From Octopus vulgaris (taxonomy: Eukaryota), in NCBI GenBank assembly GCA_951406725.2, contig OX597823.1, positions 41,354,001 to 41,418,000 on the forward strand: 64,000 bases of DNA, in the 5' to 3' direction. Positions 1 to 13,745 of this stretch are shown piece by piece. Within the stretch, counting starts at the first letter, position 1. Every line of letters begins with the position of its first letter. A model generated the notes under the pieces. It was not told the origin of the DNA and did no database searches. It worked only from the letters and a program-made list of their open reading frames with translations. The translations under genes were made by a program, and so were the position numbers.

Positions 1-685
1 ACATTGCAACATTCACATTGTAAAGCCCTCCCCTAATGTATTATGTTACATATATGACAGCTTTTATTAAATATATTGTAAAGTTACTGTTTTAATTTAT
101 CATGAAGAGGCATGGGCATGGCTGTGTGGTTAAATTTGTTTCCAACCACATGGTACTGGTTTTAGTTCTATGTGGTACGTTGGACAAGTTTCTTTTACAA
201 AGCCGCAAGGTGTCCAAAGCCCAGTGAGTGGATTTAATGGAAGGAAACTGATTTTTGTATTCTAATTATTGATTGTTGCTGGCAACTTCTGAATTAATTA
301 TAATCACTGGATGTGAGTGCCTTATTGTTGTTTTGCACTTAATGTCCCAGTTAATGTTGGCTTTTCTGAGGATAATGTTCTTATTCTCCTGCTTTTGTGC
401 CTTCAATGATATTGGTTGGGTAAATACTTTTTAATATCATAATGTATCTAAATCAAAACATGCATTTCATCTTTCAACAGCAAAATGAGATGTATAATTC
501 TTAGTTCAATATGAAATATTTATAGGAAAATTTGTATAGTGAAAGATTCTAATCGCCATTTACTGTATTGTCTAGCAAGCTTAACCAGTCAGTAAATGAT
601 GCATGGTTTGGTGCTGGCCAACAATTTCATCATTATATTTTCTTCAAACACATACTCTTACATCCATCCATATATATGTATATGT

Positions 686-751
<66 letters not shown>

Positions 752-760
752 ATATATATG

Positions 761-2105
761 CACACACCCCATTGGGCAGGTGGCCCTGCTTGATCTGTAG
801 GAAAGGTGTAGGTAGAAACTCCATAAGATGCACCCAGTGTAAGCTATGGATGCATAAGAGGTGCAGCAACATCAAAGGGAAATTAACTGATAAGATAGCT
901 TTCATGTGCGGCAGATGCACAGGGACAATAGACACCACAATTACTCAGAAAACAGATTCCATCACACTCCAGGGGGAGAAACTAGAAGTAGTCGATAGTT
1001 TCCGCTACCTGGGTGACCAAGTTAGTAGTGGAGGTGGATGCTCAGAGAGTGTCACCACTAGAATACAAATAGCCTGGGCAAAGTTTAGAAAGCTTCTACC
1101 ACTACTGGCGACAAAGGGTCTCTCACTCAGAGTGAAAGGTAGATTGTATGTTGCATGTGTGCGAACTGCCATGTTTCACTACCGTGAAACATGGGCCGTA
1201 ACTGCAGAGGACATGCGTAGACTTGAAAGAAATGAAGCTAGCATGATCCGCTGGATGTGTAATGTCAGTGAACATGCAAGACAGAGTGTAAGCACCCTGA
1301 GAGAAATGCTGGACATAAGAAGCATCAGATGTGGTGTGCAAGAGCGACACTTGCGATGGTATGGTCATGTACTGTGGATGGATGAGGAGAGATGTGTGAA
1401 GAAGTGCCGCTCCCAAACAGTTGAAAGGATCAGGGGGAGAGGTAGACCCAGGAAGACATGGGATGAAGTAGTCAAGCATGACCTCAGAGCGTTGGGCCTC
1501 ACTGAGGCAATGGCGAAGGACCGAGATCTCTGGAGATGTGCTGTGACTGCAAAGACCCGGGCTGCTTCTGGCACCAGTTCCGCATAGCCCCTACCCATTC
1601 AAAGTACCTTGGATCCCAGAACATCTCGCTGCGCTTGAGGAGACCTGTTGAGTCAAGTGCATGTACATGAACATCGAAACAAATATCAATGGAAATAGTA
1701 GTTGTGATACCTGTGCCAGTGGCACATAAAAAGCACCATCCGAACGTGGCCGTTGCCAGCACCGCCTCGACTGGCTTCTGTGCCAGTGGCACATAAAAAG
1801 CATCATCCAAACGTGGCCGATGCCAGCACGCCCTGGCTGGCTTCCGTGCCGGTGGCACATTAAAAGCACCAACCGATCGTGGCCGATGCCAAACTTCCCT
1901 GGCACCTGTGCCGGTGGCACGTAAAAAGCACCCACTACACTCATGGAGTGGTTGGCGTTAGGAAGGGCATCCAGCTGTAGAAACACTGCCAGATCAGACT
2001 GGAGCCTGGTGCAGCCCCTGGATTCCCAGACCCCAGTCAAACCGTCCAACCCATGCTAGCGCAGAAAGCGGACGTTAAACGATGATGATGATGATGATGA
2101 TGATG
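761..2105 (+). mobile_element. 5'-truncated RTE-clade LINE: ORF C-terminus (stop at 1587), 3' UTR with ~65-bp repeats, (GAT)n tail
   Basis: Translation has LEVVDSFRYLG, KGRLY..CVR.AM...ETW, LRWYGHV and RGRGRPRKTW, typical of the RTE post-RT region. It starts right after a (TA)n tract and ends in GGACGTTAAAC(GAT)n. The ORF N-terminus (568-760) is microsatellite read-through. Confidence 0.92.
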
Positions 2106-2123
2106 AGATTAATGCAGAGTAGA

Positions 2124-2397
2124 TGAAACAGGGACAACTGAAGAAGGGGAATATTCCATGTGTTGTATGTCTTGTTTCTCTGTTTTTTTGTTTAAAAAAA
2201 GTTCGTTTCTATGTTTTTGTTTTTATGTTTTCGTTTCTCATTGTGTTGAACGTTTTTTTGATGTCTTGTACCCACATATGCATGTATATATACATATATA
2301 TGTAGGTATGTACATATATGTATGTATATATGCATATATTTATATATTATTTATATTTATTATATGATCGAATGCCATGCATTCTTTTCAAAGTAAG
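2124..2397 (+). repeat. Interspersed repeat, short copy of the element at 13060-13745 (possible PLE terminus)
   Basis: AAACAGGGACAACTGAAGAAGGGGAATATTCC...TGTACCCACATATGCATG...TATATGATCGAA aligns by eye with 13483-13745. Confidence 0.75.
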
Positions 2398-3503
2398 TTT
2401 TATCTATATATATATATATATATATATATCTCCTCACGTACATGTATATACTTACATGTTCATATAAATATTTGCCTGTATATAATGGTAAAGTCTTGGT
2501 CATAGACAAAAGATATATTTTTAGCCATTCATTATGAATATTCTACTTTCCCTGACATTGGACATGAACAGTAGTTATATTTTAGTTTTGTAGGTCTCTA
2601 AAGTAAATGTCAGCAATTTTGATTTTTTTTCCCCTTACATGCATTCACTATGCATATTAATCATTCTGCATTTGTGTGCATGTAAAGAAAAATATTTTTT
2701 GCTGAATTTTTTTTGAAGGTTTGAGCTATTGCAGTTATGGTCTGGCTGAAGTTATGCCAAGTACATATACAGCATTATGTATATCTGCAGTCTATGAAGA
2801 GTATACAAATGCACATTTACAAGCTTTACACTCATGTACATAAATGTCTGTTTTTATCTATTATTTTGCATGCATACATTGGATATACGCATATGTATCT
2901 GATGTGTTTATACATGAATATGCACATGCATGCACATACACACACACACTGCTTTTATTTGTGTCTCATTTTCTGCTTTACATCTCTGTGTGTATACATG
3001 TGTATGTGTATGTATACATCTATGTTGTATGTGTGTACACATCTTGACCCAATGCTCTTCCACGTACACAACAAGAAATACTAAGAGACAGTGACACAAA
3101 GACAAATCAAAATGTCTTGTCTTGTCCATTTACCATTTGATGCAACAGCCTTCGCTTTTCTATTTCAATCAAACTAAACAAGCAGCTGTCCTAAATAATA
3201 CCCAAAGTGACCCAATCTTTTTTTCTGTGCCATAAGCAGTATACTAATGTAAGAGGAACATCTAGCATCAGCTGGATTAGACCAGCTGCATAGAACAGCT
3301 CATATATTCCTTTACACACATACACACATGTTTCTTTATTTACATTTCTATTTTAAGCAGAAAACCAAGCAACAGTGGCCATCTTAAATTGAAGTTTTGT
3401 TTTGTTTAACATGCTATATGCATTTTAACATATTACATGTGTGTTTAACACACTGTATATGTTTTGATATGCTATATATATATATATATGATTTAACACA
3501 CAT

Positions 3504-3537
<34 letters not shown>

Positions 3538-3650
3538 GTTTTAACATACAATGTGTTCCAACACATATTTTAGATTTATATATATATATATATATACCTC
3601 AGCAAGCATACTGTGTGTGTGTATATATATATACATTATCATACTGTGTG

Positions 3651-3700
<50 letters not shown>

Positions 3701-3973
3701 TATTGTTATATTTCGGAATGGTCATATTGCCAGTTTAGCCAATAAAAACACACGCACTATATATTTGGTGTTATTTTGCTTCAGTGATATTTATTTTTTA
3801 CATTAATCTCAATCTTATTTCGGCCAAAGTTCTTTCGTCACACTCCTGTGACCGCATCAGTGGTCCTTTGTTTTCTTCTGGCTAAACTGGCAATATGACC
3901 ATTCCGAAATATAACAATATCTGTTTCAACACACGACTTCACATAAAAAATCTTGCACAACAAATATTTAAAC
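3701..3973. mobile_element. Fold-back PLE-like insertion in (TA)n: ~41-bp inverted arms plus one-sided tail
   Basis: 3701-3741 TATTGTTATATTTCGGAATGGTCATATTGCCAGTTTAGCCA is the reverse complement of ~3878-3919. A hammerhead-like motif lies in the spacer and (TA)n flanks both sides. Confidence 0.75.
3822..3866 (-). ncRNA. Minimal type I hammerhead-like motif (CUGAUGC core variant)
   Basis: Minus strand: GGACCA-CUGAUGC-G-GUCACA-GGAG-UGUGAC-GAAA-GAACU-U-UGGCC. Perfect 6-bp stem II, short stem I. Confidence 0.55.
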
Positions 3974-4017
<44 letters not shown>

Positions 4018-4307
4018 GCAACAAGAATGACTCCGGTAATTTGGTACGATTGTTTCATACTACATCATTTTATTAAATGTTGTAAGTATTATAACAGTTT
4101 TAAAATGCTGAGCACTCATCAGCCAATTATAGAGGTTTTCCATTAATACAAAAATTTTCATATCAAGTGGCAACATTATAGAGAAGGTAGATATATAGAC
4201 AAAGATGTGGATTTAAATTTTAAGAACATTTGAGTTAGTGGAGCCCATCAACTGGCTGGCTAAGATTCGGTTGCTCCAGACTACTGTATATATACCTTAT
4301 CATACTG

Positions 4308-4353
<46 letters not shown>

Positions 4354-5053
4354 AGCATACTGTGTGTGTGTATATATATATATATATATACAGTATGATA
4401 AAACATATATTTTAACATACTATACATATTTAACATACTATATAGTATGCTTAGCATACTGTTTTGGTGAAATCTGATTGGTGATTATTTTGTCAGTGTG
4501 TGCATGTGACAGGCAAGACTGTCAACTGTTTGAACTGATTTTTGCAAAATTGGAGGTAGTTACACTCTAATAGAGTTTCAAAGGTAGTGAATGATTTGAG
4601 CTGAAACATAGTAATTGAGATTTTGATCCACGAGAATGTCATGAATAACTGTATATGTGGAAAAGAAAATTTTGTTTTCTTGTAAACTAAAATAGTTTGT
4701 ACAGGTGTATTTACTTGTATGGGTTGAATCTGTTAAAACATTATCTTTGTCATCAACATCCACCTTCCTGTGCTTGTACGAATAGAATTAGATTCCTTGA
4801 AGCAGAATTTTTGTGGCTGGATGCCCTTCTTGGCAACAACACTCATCACCATATATGGTAATATTTCCCCTAGGCTAGATATATTTTCACTGCAGATTGG
4901 AAACAAAGGACATTGCTTGTATGAGGCTGACACTCATTAAAAGGAGGAGACACTAATACATATACACAAATGTACAAGCGTGCACGTATACATGTGTATC
5001 TGTCTGTTTGTCTGTCTGTATATTCTGTCTGTCTGTATATGTCTGTCTGTCTG

Positions 5054-5125
<72 letters not shown>

Positions 5126-5272
5126 GACATACACACACATATATATATATATGTATATACACACACACATATACATGTGTAGATATACACTCATACATAT
5201 ATGCAATGAATGTACACACATCTCTTTGTCCTGTTCAATGTTCACTTTTGCCCTACTTCTAACATCGTCATT

Positions 5273-5660
5273 ATCATCATCATCATCTTTTAATGTCCAT
5301 TTTCCATGCTGGTATGAGTTGGACGGTTTGACAGAAGCTAAACAGCTGAAAAGTTATTCAGGCTTCATGTCTGTTTTGGCATGATTTCTATGGCTGGATG
5401 CCCTTCCTAATGCCAGAATGCTCTGGGTGCTTTTTACATGGCACCTTCACTTATGAGCCCACGAGATTAAGGATGCTCAGCAGCAGAGGGTTGCAAGGAG
5501 CGAGCCTGGATGCAAGAGTAACCATGCTTGTACTTAGCTTGGTGTGCCTTTTCTTGTTCCCCTGTCATTCTCTCTGAGCCCTAATGTTTCTAGACACTTT
5601 CTCACCTCTTCATCCCACGTCTCCCTGAGTCTACCCCTTCTACAATTTAAGATTGGCACT
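5273..5660 (-). mobile_element. Degenerate RTE 3' end
   Basis: (CAT)n tail, GCTGGATGCCCTTCCTAATGCC core, and the reverse complement of GRPRKTWDE-like codons at ~5600-5640. Confidence 0.7.
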
Positions 5661-6414
5661 TCTTGATGCAACTGTTATATTCACATAATTTACTTATGAT
5701 AGTTTTTTTCTCACAAACACATGCACTCACATGTACATGCGCATGCACACACACACACACACAAATGTGCACACTGCCAATTGTCCATTTTATTGTGTTC
5801 ATGTACACATATAAACACACACACACACACACACACTATTTCTCCAGCAATCACTATTTCATTTTACTGTTTTAGTACACGCGTACACTCCTGATACTCT
5901 CACTCACACATACGCATATATATATATATATATGCACACTATGCACACACATACGCACACATGCATACAACTCTCATGCACACACTGCTTATATCTCCTA
6001 TGTACATAAACACAGAAACAAAAACATGTATGTGTGTATGTGTATATATGCATACACGTGTGTATGTGTATATACACACACAGACACACAAGCACAGGTA
6101 GCTATGTATCACTTCCTTGCCACGAAGCCCACAATGATCCTTTTATGTTTCACATCCAGGGAGTCAAAGGATGAATGTATAAACTGATCCCCTGTGCATA
6201 TTTTTCATCATTCTGCTTTTCTTTTTATCCCCTTTCTTCTTCTATTCTTTATCTTCCCAGTTTCTCCTGTACTTTTGTCCATTATCTGAAGAATGACTAA
6301 TTCTGTAATGTAATATTCTTTATTTTCTCCAGTCTTCCTTCAGCATCAAACTAATAAAATTGATTGACTGTAAATGTATCCTGTACTTTCGTTGTTTTAT
6401 GTGTGTGTATATAT

Positions 6415-6640
6415 CATCATCATACTCATCATCATTTAACACTCATTTTGTATGCTGACAGTTTGACTAAAGTTGGCAAACTGGAAAGCTGTACCAGGCT
6501 CCAATCTGATTTTGTCTTGGCTTCTATGGTTGTATGCTGTTCATAATGCCAACCACTCCAAGAGTGTAGTGGGTGCCTTTTATGTGTCACCATCACAGGT
6601 GCTTTTTACGTGCCATTAGTACTGTCTGTAACTATGATTT
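6415..6640 (-). mobile_element. RTE 3' UTR fragment
   Basis: CATCATTTAAC...ACCAGGCTCCAATCTGAT...AACCACTCCAAGAGTGTAGTGGGTGC matches the reverse complement of 1920-2100. Confidence 0.7.
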
Positions 6641-7323
6641 ATATATGTTCATATAAATATGTATACACCTTTTCAAGATTTGAACGAATCAGGTATTTAA
6701 ATAGTAAAAGCACCAAGGTAGAGTTGGAGATAGTGCACCTGTGTACTGACTATGTATATTGATATATGTGCACTTACTAAATTAAATAAGGATTTCTTTT
6801 TCTGTTTATGCATGCATTACTGAGTAACAGACTGAATCCACGTGTCACTGAAGTCATATCAGGGCACACTCACCGCATGTATTTCACTTCAATTACAGAC
6901 TCCAGATCCAAACTTATGGAGGTTTCTGAGTTAGGTGAAAATTAAATTATAACAAAGATGGGTTGCAATATGTATTCATACAAGCATGTTCCCATACGTA
7001 TTTGCATATAAGTGTGTGTATGTATATGTGTGTATACACATGAACTCTTATATGATCCTGTTTAGTAGTATCTGATAGGGTCCCAGTTGTGGGTTAACCA
7101 GCATGTAAAGCACTGGGAGTGAAGGTCCCCTAGTTCTCAAAACTTCCTTCAAGGAAAAGGTAAACTCATAAAAAACTTGAAATGAAGTCAATTTCTGGTC
7201 ATCTCAACCACTGTTGTGCCACTGGTTTTAGAACTGATTGCTCTGAAAATGCTGTGAACACTTAAAACAATGAGTTGACCTTGACTATATATGCAAACAC
7301 ACACACACAAATAAATATACACA

Positions 7324-7397
<74 letters not shown>

Positions 7398-7424
7398 CAC
7401 ATACATATATACACACATATATAT

Positions 7425-7475
<51 letters not shown>

Positions 7476-7643
7476 AAACTTACTTGGAAATATGTATGTA
7501 TATGTATGTATATATTTATAAAAGATATATGTACTTACAATGTTAATAGACATATTTTATTGTATATTGTCCACTTTCTTGTCATCTGTATAAGCCACAT
7601 AAATGTTTGAAGCTTACTAACTTCCTACAATACTTACTGATTG

Positions 7644-7689
<46 letters not shown>

Positions 7690-8473
7690 TTAAATTGGGT
7701 GTGGCAAATGCCTCAGAGCACACTCAAGCAAAGCTCCTATGCTTCTTTTTGTTGGCTATCACCTGTTATTCCCTTCTTCTAGAGTAATCCTATGGAATAG
7801 TTATACACCTTGAACTACTTACAGCTTAGGATAAATATAGTAATAATGCAATGCATTGATAAAGTCTAAAAATATCCACCAGCAAGTCACTTTTGTTATT
7901 GCATATGTGTGTGTGTGTGTGTGTGTGCTCATGAATATATCCGTCTATAAAAACATACACATGCATATCTCCTCCACACACACACACACATGTTCATATG
8001 AACACAGATGTATAGACACTTATACACACATATATATACGCAGACGTGTCTGCCAGTACAGATTGGAAAAGACTATAACTGTACAATACAATAATGAAAT
8101 TGAAGAATGGGTCAGTTTACATGAATTCTTCTGTTGTCTTCAAACTAAACTTATTGGTGAAGAATCATCACGAAGACAAAATTTACCCCTCCACCCCACC
8201 CACCGAAAATATACAGAGATAAACAGAAGCTAAAGGAAAAAGCAGATCTGTTTCACCCACCATCATGTATTCTCAACTAAATTTTTTTTTTATGTCCATT
8301 CTTCAATGCAAAAGTAAGACAATAAAATGAGTCAGGAAATACATATATTGACTAAGATATATTTTGTGCTATTGTATTTCACATCTGAGATATCTTTGTA
8401 AAAAATAAACAGACAAATGAATGAATGAATAAATAGATAAATAAATAAGTGAATGAATGAATGAATGAGTGAA

Positions 8474-8508
<35 letters not shown>

Positions 8509-9106
8509 AATATTGCTTAAGCTTAGAGAGAGAGGGTTATTTTTTTGTTTGGAGAAAGTGAACAGTTTGAGTTGAATAACCGTACATTGAATGATTTATA
8601 GACAGAAAAATTATTGATGAAAGAACACTTTATGTGCATGCATAGTGAGTGAGTATACGTTTGTGTGTGTTTGTGTGTTTGCATGTGTCCTCTGATGGCT
8701 ATATGCATTTGGTTGGTTGTGTGTATGTGTGCTCAAGTTTTAATATGTAGACACATAAAACTGCTCAATACACGTTTGCGACAAACCTATAAGAGCATAA
8801 AGCATGTGAGCGTTTGTTTCCTGAAGTATGTGTATGTTTGTGTCTGTTAACTGAAAAACAAACTTAATCTTAACTAACACATATGCACACACACACACAC
8901 ACACATACACACGCACATTGAAAAGTTATCACAACAATTGTTTTGCCATCACATTGGTATTAGGTGTATGGATATATATATGTGTACATATATGTGTGTT
9001 TGTGTTTGAGTGGAAATACGTACACACATCTGTATAAACAGAATATGTGTATATAAAAAAAATATACATGCATGTGAGTGTGCTGGTATAAAACTGTGTG
9101 GATTTG

Positions 9107-9144
<38 letters not shown>

Positions 9145-12100
9145 GCACACATGCACTATTTTTTTGGTTATTATCAGAAAAACGAAGCTACAAGCTATTT
9201 AAAAGACTACATAGAGCAGAGTGGTTTATAAGCAATGGAGTAAAAAGTCTGCTGAGTACTACGATCATATTTTTGTTATACTCATCAAATTTTCTTACAG
9301 TACAACATATAAACACACACGCATGCACACACACTTACATGTGCGTGCACACACATGCACAGATATTGACAGAGTTGTCTTTGAAACTTAAAGAAAAAAT
9401 TTCCTCATGATTTTGCTCCGTGTTTCATCTTATTTGTTTTATCTGCTTGTCCCCTATGTTGTAGTTGAAAATGATAAAACAAGCCATATCATATATATGT
9501 TTTTGTGTGTATTGAAATGGGAATTAAGCTTAGAAAAAATATGATCCTTGATGCTAGGTTGTATGAATAGAAGCTAGAATGTGGTTTAGTTTTTCTTTGT
9601 TTCAAAGCTGAGCGGTACAAAGTTCTGTGATTTTATTTCTTGCCTTCAAACAGCAGTGTATATGCACATGCATGTGTATACAGAACACATGTATGTTATT
9701 GCTTGTAAATATGATTTTGTATGTGAATGTATTTATATTTCATTCCTTAATACATATTCACTATATGTATTTATAATTACGTTATACATATACACATACG
9801 TATATGCACTAATTTATACACACATGATGAGTGATACTGCAAGCTATTCCACTGATGGAAACACTTTAGATAGGCTAAGTCTACAGTTACAAAGTATAGA
9901 TTTCAAGATTGGATCACTTTATCAGCAGTATGCAAAGAATAGAAGAGTGGCAATGCCTTTGGTTTTGGAGGTTATACATAAATTAATACAGAGGAGTGAG
10001 ATTTTTACTGTTTCTAAACCTAAAATACAAAAGTTTATAGTGATATCTGTTGAAGCCATGATTAGTGAACTTTGTGTAGTTTCTCTGGATACTGTCAGGT
10101 GATGTAAGAGATGCTCACTATACCATTCCTATGGAGAGACAAGATTCTTGAGGCAAAAAGTAAATTGATTTTGACAGTCGGATATAATTGCTGAAGTAGA
10201 ATCTGTGCAGATTTGTATTTCTGATTATGATGTTTAATGATGGAAGTACTTTTGTCTTGGCAAGTATAACTAATCTTGATATTGTGTTAAATAAAGAGCT
10301 TGTGGTATTTTTATGTAGGTCACAGGAGATAGCTTTCAAGTAATAGGAGATTCCTATCTATATTCTTTGAGATGTCTATGCTATAGATGAGGAGGAGGTT
10401 TAAAATAGGTTACTTTCCTCTTACTCTCTTCTCATTTAAGTTGTTGAGGTGTATCCTATATGAATGAACACACACACACACACAAACAGAGTACACACTC
10501 ATGCACACCAATGCATCATTATTGATAGCAGTGGGCTAGAGGGTCATCACAGTCTAAGTCCTTTCTTTTGTGAATCACTAGCCCCATGTGTAATTTGGCT
10601 TGGGATAATTTTTCATGGCACCAGCACTAGAGAGACTGTCCCACTCACCAATCCCTGTGAAGGAAGCACAGCAGTGGGATAGTGGTTCTGTCATGGCATC
10701 ATCACAACTGAGTTTACACTGTACACCACAAATTCAGAAAGTACTTAGTAATCTAAGACGCATAGACCAAGGAGGAAAACAAGGGAAAGAGTCAACGTTG
10801 GTGGATGAGTGGTGAATATGATAAGTGTAATCTGAACCATATTGAGGTATTCATTGATCATTTTGATAAAATCGTCTGTAACCATTTGACTGTCTAGTCT
10901 GTTACTCGGCCTCCTTCACTGGTTTATATGGTTTATAGTTTGTAACATTTAAACTCTATAAACAAAGTGTTGATTTCAACTAATTTTCTGTAATCTTAAA
11001 CCTAGACATTGCATTATATATACATTGAAATAATCTTGTATAAAATTTTGTGCATCCACACATGCATACACACACACACATACATACATACATACATGCT
11101 TACATATGCATCCTTCCATCCATACATGCACATACACTTATGTATGTATCCTTCCAGCCAAACATATATATATATATATATCCTTCCATCCATACACATA
11201 TATATACACTTGCACATATATGTATATCCTTCCATCCATTCACACATACACACATACATAAATACACCTACATACATATTCCTACACATGGCTAAATGAT
11301 AACTTTGTTATACTTATGTTATTGTTTCAATATTTTAATGAAACAGAAATTTGTTTAAATCATTGAGTTTGAAGCTCTATAAGCAAAAAAGGAAAAAAAA
11401 GATGCAAGAAAAGTTATTAAACACACAATAATTGTTGAAATAATGACATAAATACAGACTGACGTATCTTTGTATAAAACATTATCTATTGTGCTGTGTG
11501 AAACCTGTAAAATTCTACAAAATCTTTACTTTCCATTAATTAGTTAGATTAATTTTACATAGTGAAAAAAAAAAAAAAAGAATTAGAGAAAATGATTTAG
11601 ATATACTTTACGTATCATAGTCACTACTGCAGAGATATTTTAACATTGCAAAATGGGAATTTTTGATTTTTATTCCTTGTTCAAAGAGCATTAGATACAT
11701 AAACTAAAGTGGATTGAGTCTAGTCTCCCATCAAACAGTGCAGCCTTTTAACTTTTCTTTGTCTTGTATATTCAGGCATGACATTGTGGTTAAGAAGTTC
11801 ATTTTACTCTGCAACCACCTGTTTCCATATTAGGTAATATTTCCTTATGACCAGGCATACTTTCATGGAAGATCAAAAGAAGCTTGACACTAATTGTATG
11901 ACAATGTCAAGAAACAAACCTACATGCACACACACACACGCACACACACACACACACACACATGCGTGTATATATATATATATATATATATATTTGTGTG
12001 TGTTCTTTTCTGTGGAAGATCGTAGCTTTGAAACGTTAAAGACTTTTTCAATTTCCGAGTGTTATACAAATACATCTGTTTGTTTTCTACACCACCTGTC

Positions 12101-12147
12101 TTCGTCATTTTTTTTTTCATAAATTCTCCCAATATATATATATATAT

Positions 12148-12333
12148 ATGCATAGAAGTGCTGAAATGTTTCTGGCTGTAAGGATGTTGCAAAAGGCTTG
12201 GTTGGAGGCCCAATCATCCAAGTTCTTTTATAGACCTTAGAAAAACTGAAGGACTGCTGCAATAAATGTGGGAATCTGATCCTCTAGTATTTTCTTTTAC
12301 CCAAAGCCAGGAACTTTTCAGCACCCCCTCATA
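12148..12333. mobile_element. Mariner-type MITE
   Basis: Imperfect TIRs GTGCTGAAATGTTTCTGGCT and AGCCAGGAACTTTTCAGCAC, TA-flanked. Confidence 0.6.
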
Positions 12334-12364
<31 letters not shown>

Positions 12365-12415
12365 TCACTCAGGGTGGACCAAAAGCCATGCACCAAAACA
12401 TTTGCCATTTAATTT

Positions 12416-13059
12416 ATGAAGTGGTATCAAAACTTCCCAGACTTATTATGTTTAATATCATCTCCTTCGAAGGAGTTTTAATATCATCTCCTTCAAAATA
12501 GTCACCTTGTACAGCAATACACTGGTCCTGTGTTCCTGTCACTTTTGAAATCTAGCCTGAAAGTCGTTTTCCATAAGCAAGTCAAGGACCTCCTACGATT
12601 CACTCTGGGTCTCAAAAATAGCGTTGAAACAGTGACCTTTGGACTGCATTTTCATCTTGGGGAAGAAATGGAAGTCTGCAGGAACCTATATTTGATGAAT
12701 AGAGCGTCACTTTCACTGAATTTCCTCCCTCAAATGCTTTAAAATGTCACAGTAGAACTCTTGATTGGTGGTCTGGCCCTAGGGGATGAATTCTTGATGT
12801 AAATACAGTGAATGTTGTAAAAAAACAATGAGCATGCCCTTGATTGAGCTGTGGCTCTTACGTGCCTTCTTTGGCCATGCAGACAAAGGCCTCTTTCATT
12901 GTGTGACAGCAGCTTCATCTCCTGGTGATATCAGTAGACCCAACTCACATCACTGGTGATGATCCTTGACATGAAGGATGGGTCAGCAGCAGCAGCAGCA
13001 CACCGACGGAGATCTTGACTGACTTCGATGCAATGTCCTTTCTGTTCAGTGGTCAGCAA
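12416..13059 (-). mobile_element. Mariner transposase pseudogene, catalytic domain to 3' TIR
   Basis: Minus-strand frames give LLTTEQK..DPSFMSRIITSDVSWVY (ITGDE motif), KKARKSHSSIKGMLIVFF and DFHFFPKMKMQSKGHCF..ENDFQARFQK. Frameshifts and stops are present. Confidence 0.85.
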
Positions 13060-13745
13060 TGTTATATTCCCTATTCTTCTCCTCTCCCTTTCACCATTCC
13101 CTCTCTTTTATTCCTCCTCCTCCCTCTCGTCACTGACATGTGACCAGAGGGAAGCCTTCTTTCCGACTGCTACCTTTGAGTCAACACGGCTTATCCTGTC
13201 CTCCTCATAAGCTGTCTTCTCAATGCGTTCAAAATAATTTTTCCATTGTCTCGCCTAAACAGCCCTCATCGTTTGATTTTACTGTGTTATTCTCCTTGTC
13301 CTGTCTTTTACTGTTTTTCTTTGTATTGGTTTTACTGTCTTGTTTTGTTTTTACTGTCCTGTTCTTGTTACCACTTTTATCCCTCCACAAAAAATCCCAA
13401 ATTTTATTTAATTTGCTTTGCGGGAAGGACTGTTTCAATGAAGATGCTTCTTGTCCTTACTTTCGAAATGCGGAGTAGCCAAAACAGGGACAGCTGAAGA
13501 AGGGGAATATTCCTTGTGTTGTATGTCTTGTACTCTGTTTTATCGTTGTTTGAAAAAAGTCTGTTTCCATGTTTTTGTTTTTATGTTCTGTTTCTCATTG
13601 TGTTCAACATTTTTTGGTGTCCTGTACCCATATATGCATGTATATATGCATATAGATGTAGGTATGTACATATAATGTATGTATAAATGCATATTTTTAT
13701 ATATTATTTTGTTATTATATGATCGAACACCACGTATCCACTTCC
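13060..13745 (+). repeat. Interspersed repeat (long copy), probable PLE terminal region, abutting the truncated mariner
   Basis: Its last ~260 bp match 2124-2397 and contain a CUGAAGA plus hairpin half-hammerhead. Confidence 0.55.

Noticed and set aside
568-760. N-terminal part of the 339-aa ORF, and the many YI/CV/HT-rich ORFs across the window
   Set aside because: They are translations of (TA)n, (TG)n and (CA)n microsatellites that lack stops, not genes.
1713-1935. CRISPR-like palindromic repeats with variable linkers
   Set aside because: Eukaryotic context, the linkers resemble each other, there are no cas genes, and the array is part of the RTE 3' UTR.
4090-4128. Minus-strand CUGAUGA-GUGC-UCA-GCAU hammerhead remnant
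   Set aside because: The GAAA box and stem I are degraded, so it is not called as a feature.
9830-10400. ORF 9656-10102 as a host exon, or a decayed CR1/Jockey LINE on the minus strand
   Set aside because: No recognisable protein motif on the plus strand, and the LINE resemblance is too degraded to support by eye.
12001-12043. CUGUGGA...GAAACGU-U-AAAGAC hammerhead remnant
   Set aside because: Core A6 is changed and stem II is disrupted; probably a decayed PLE terminus.
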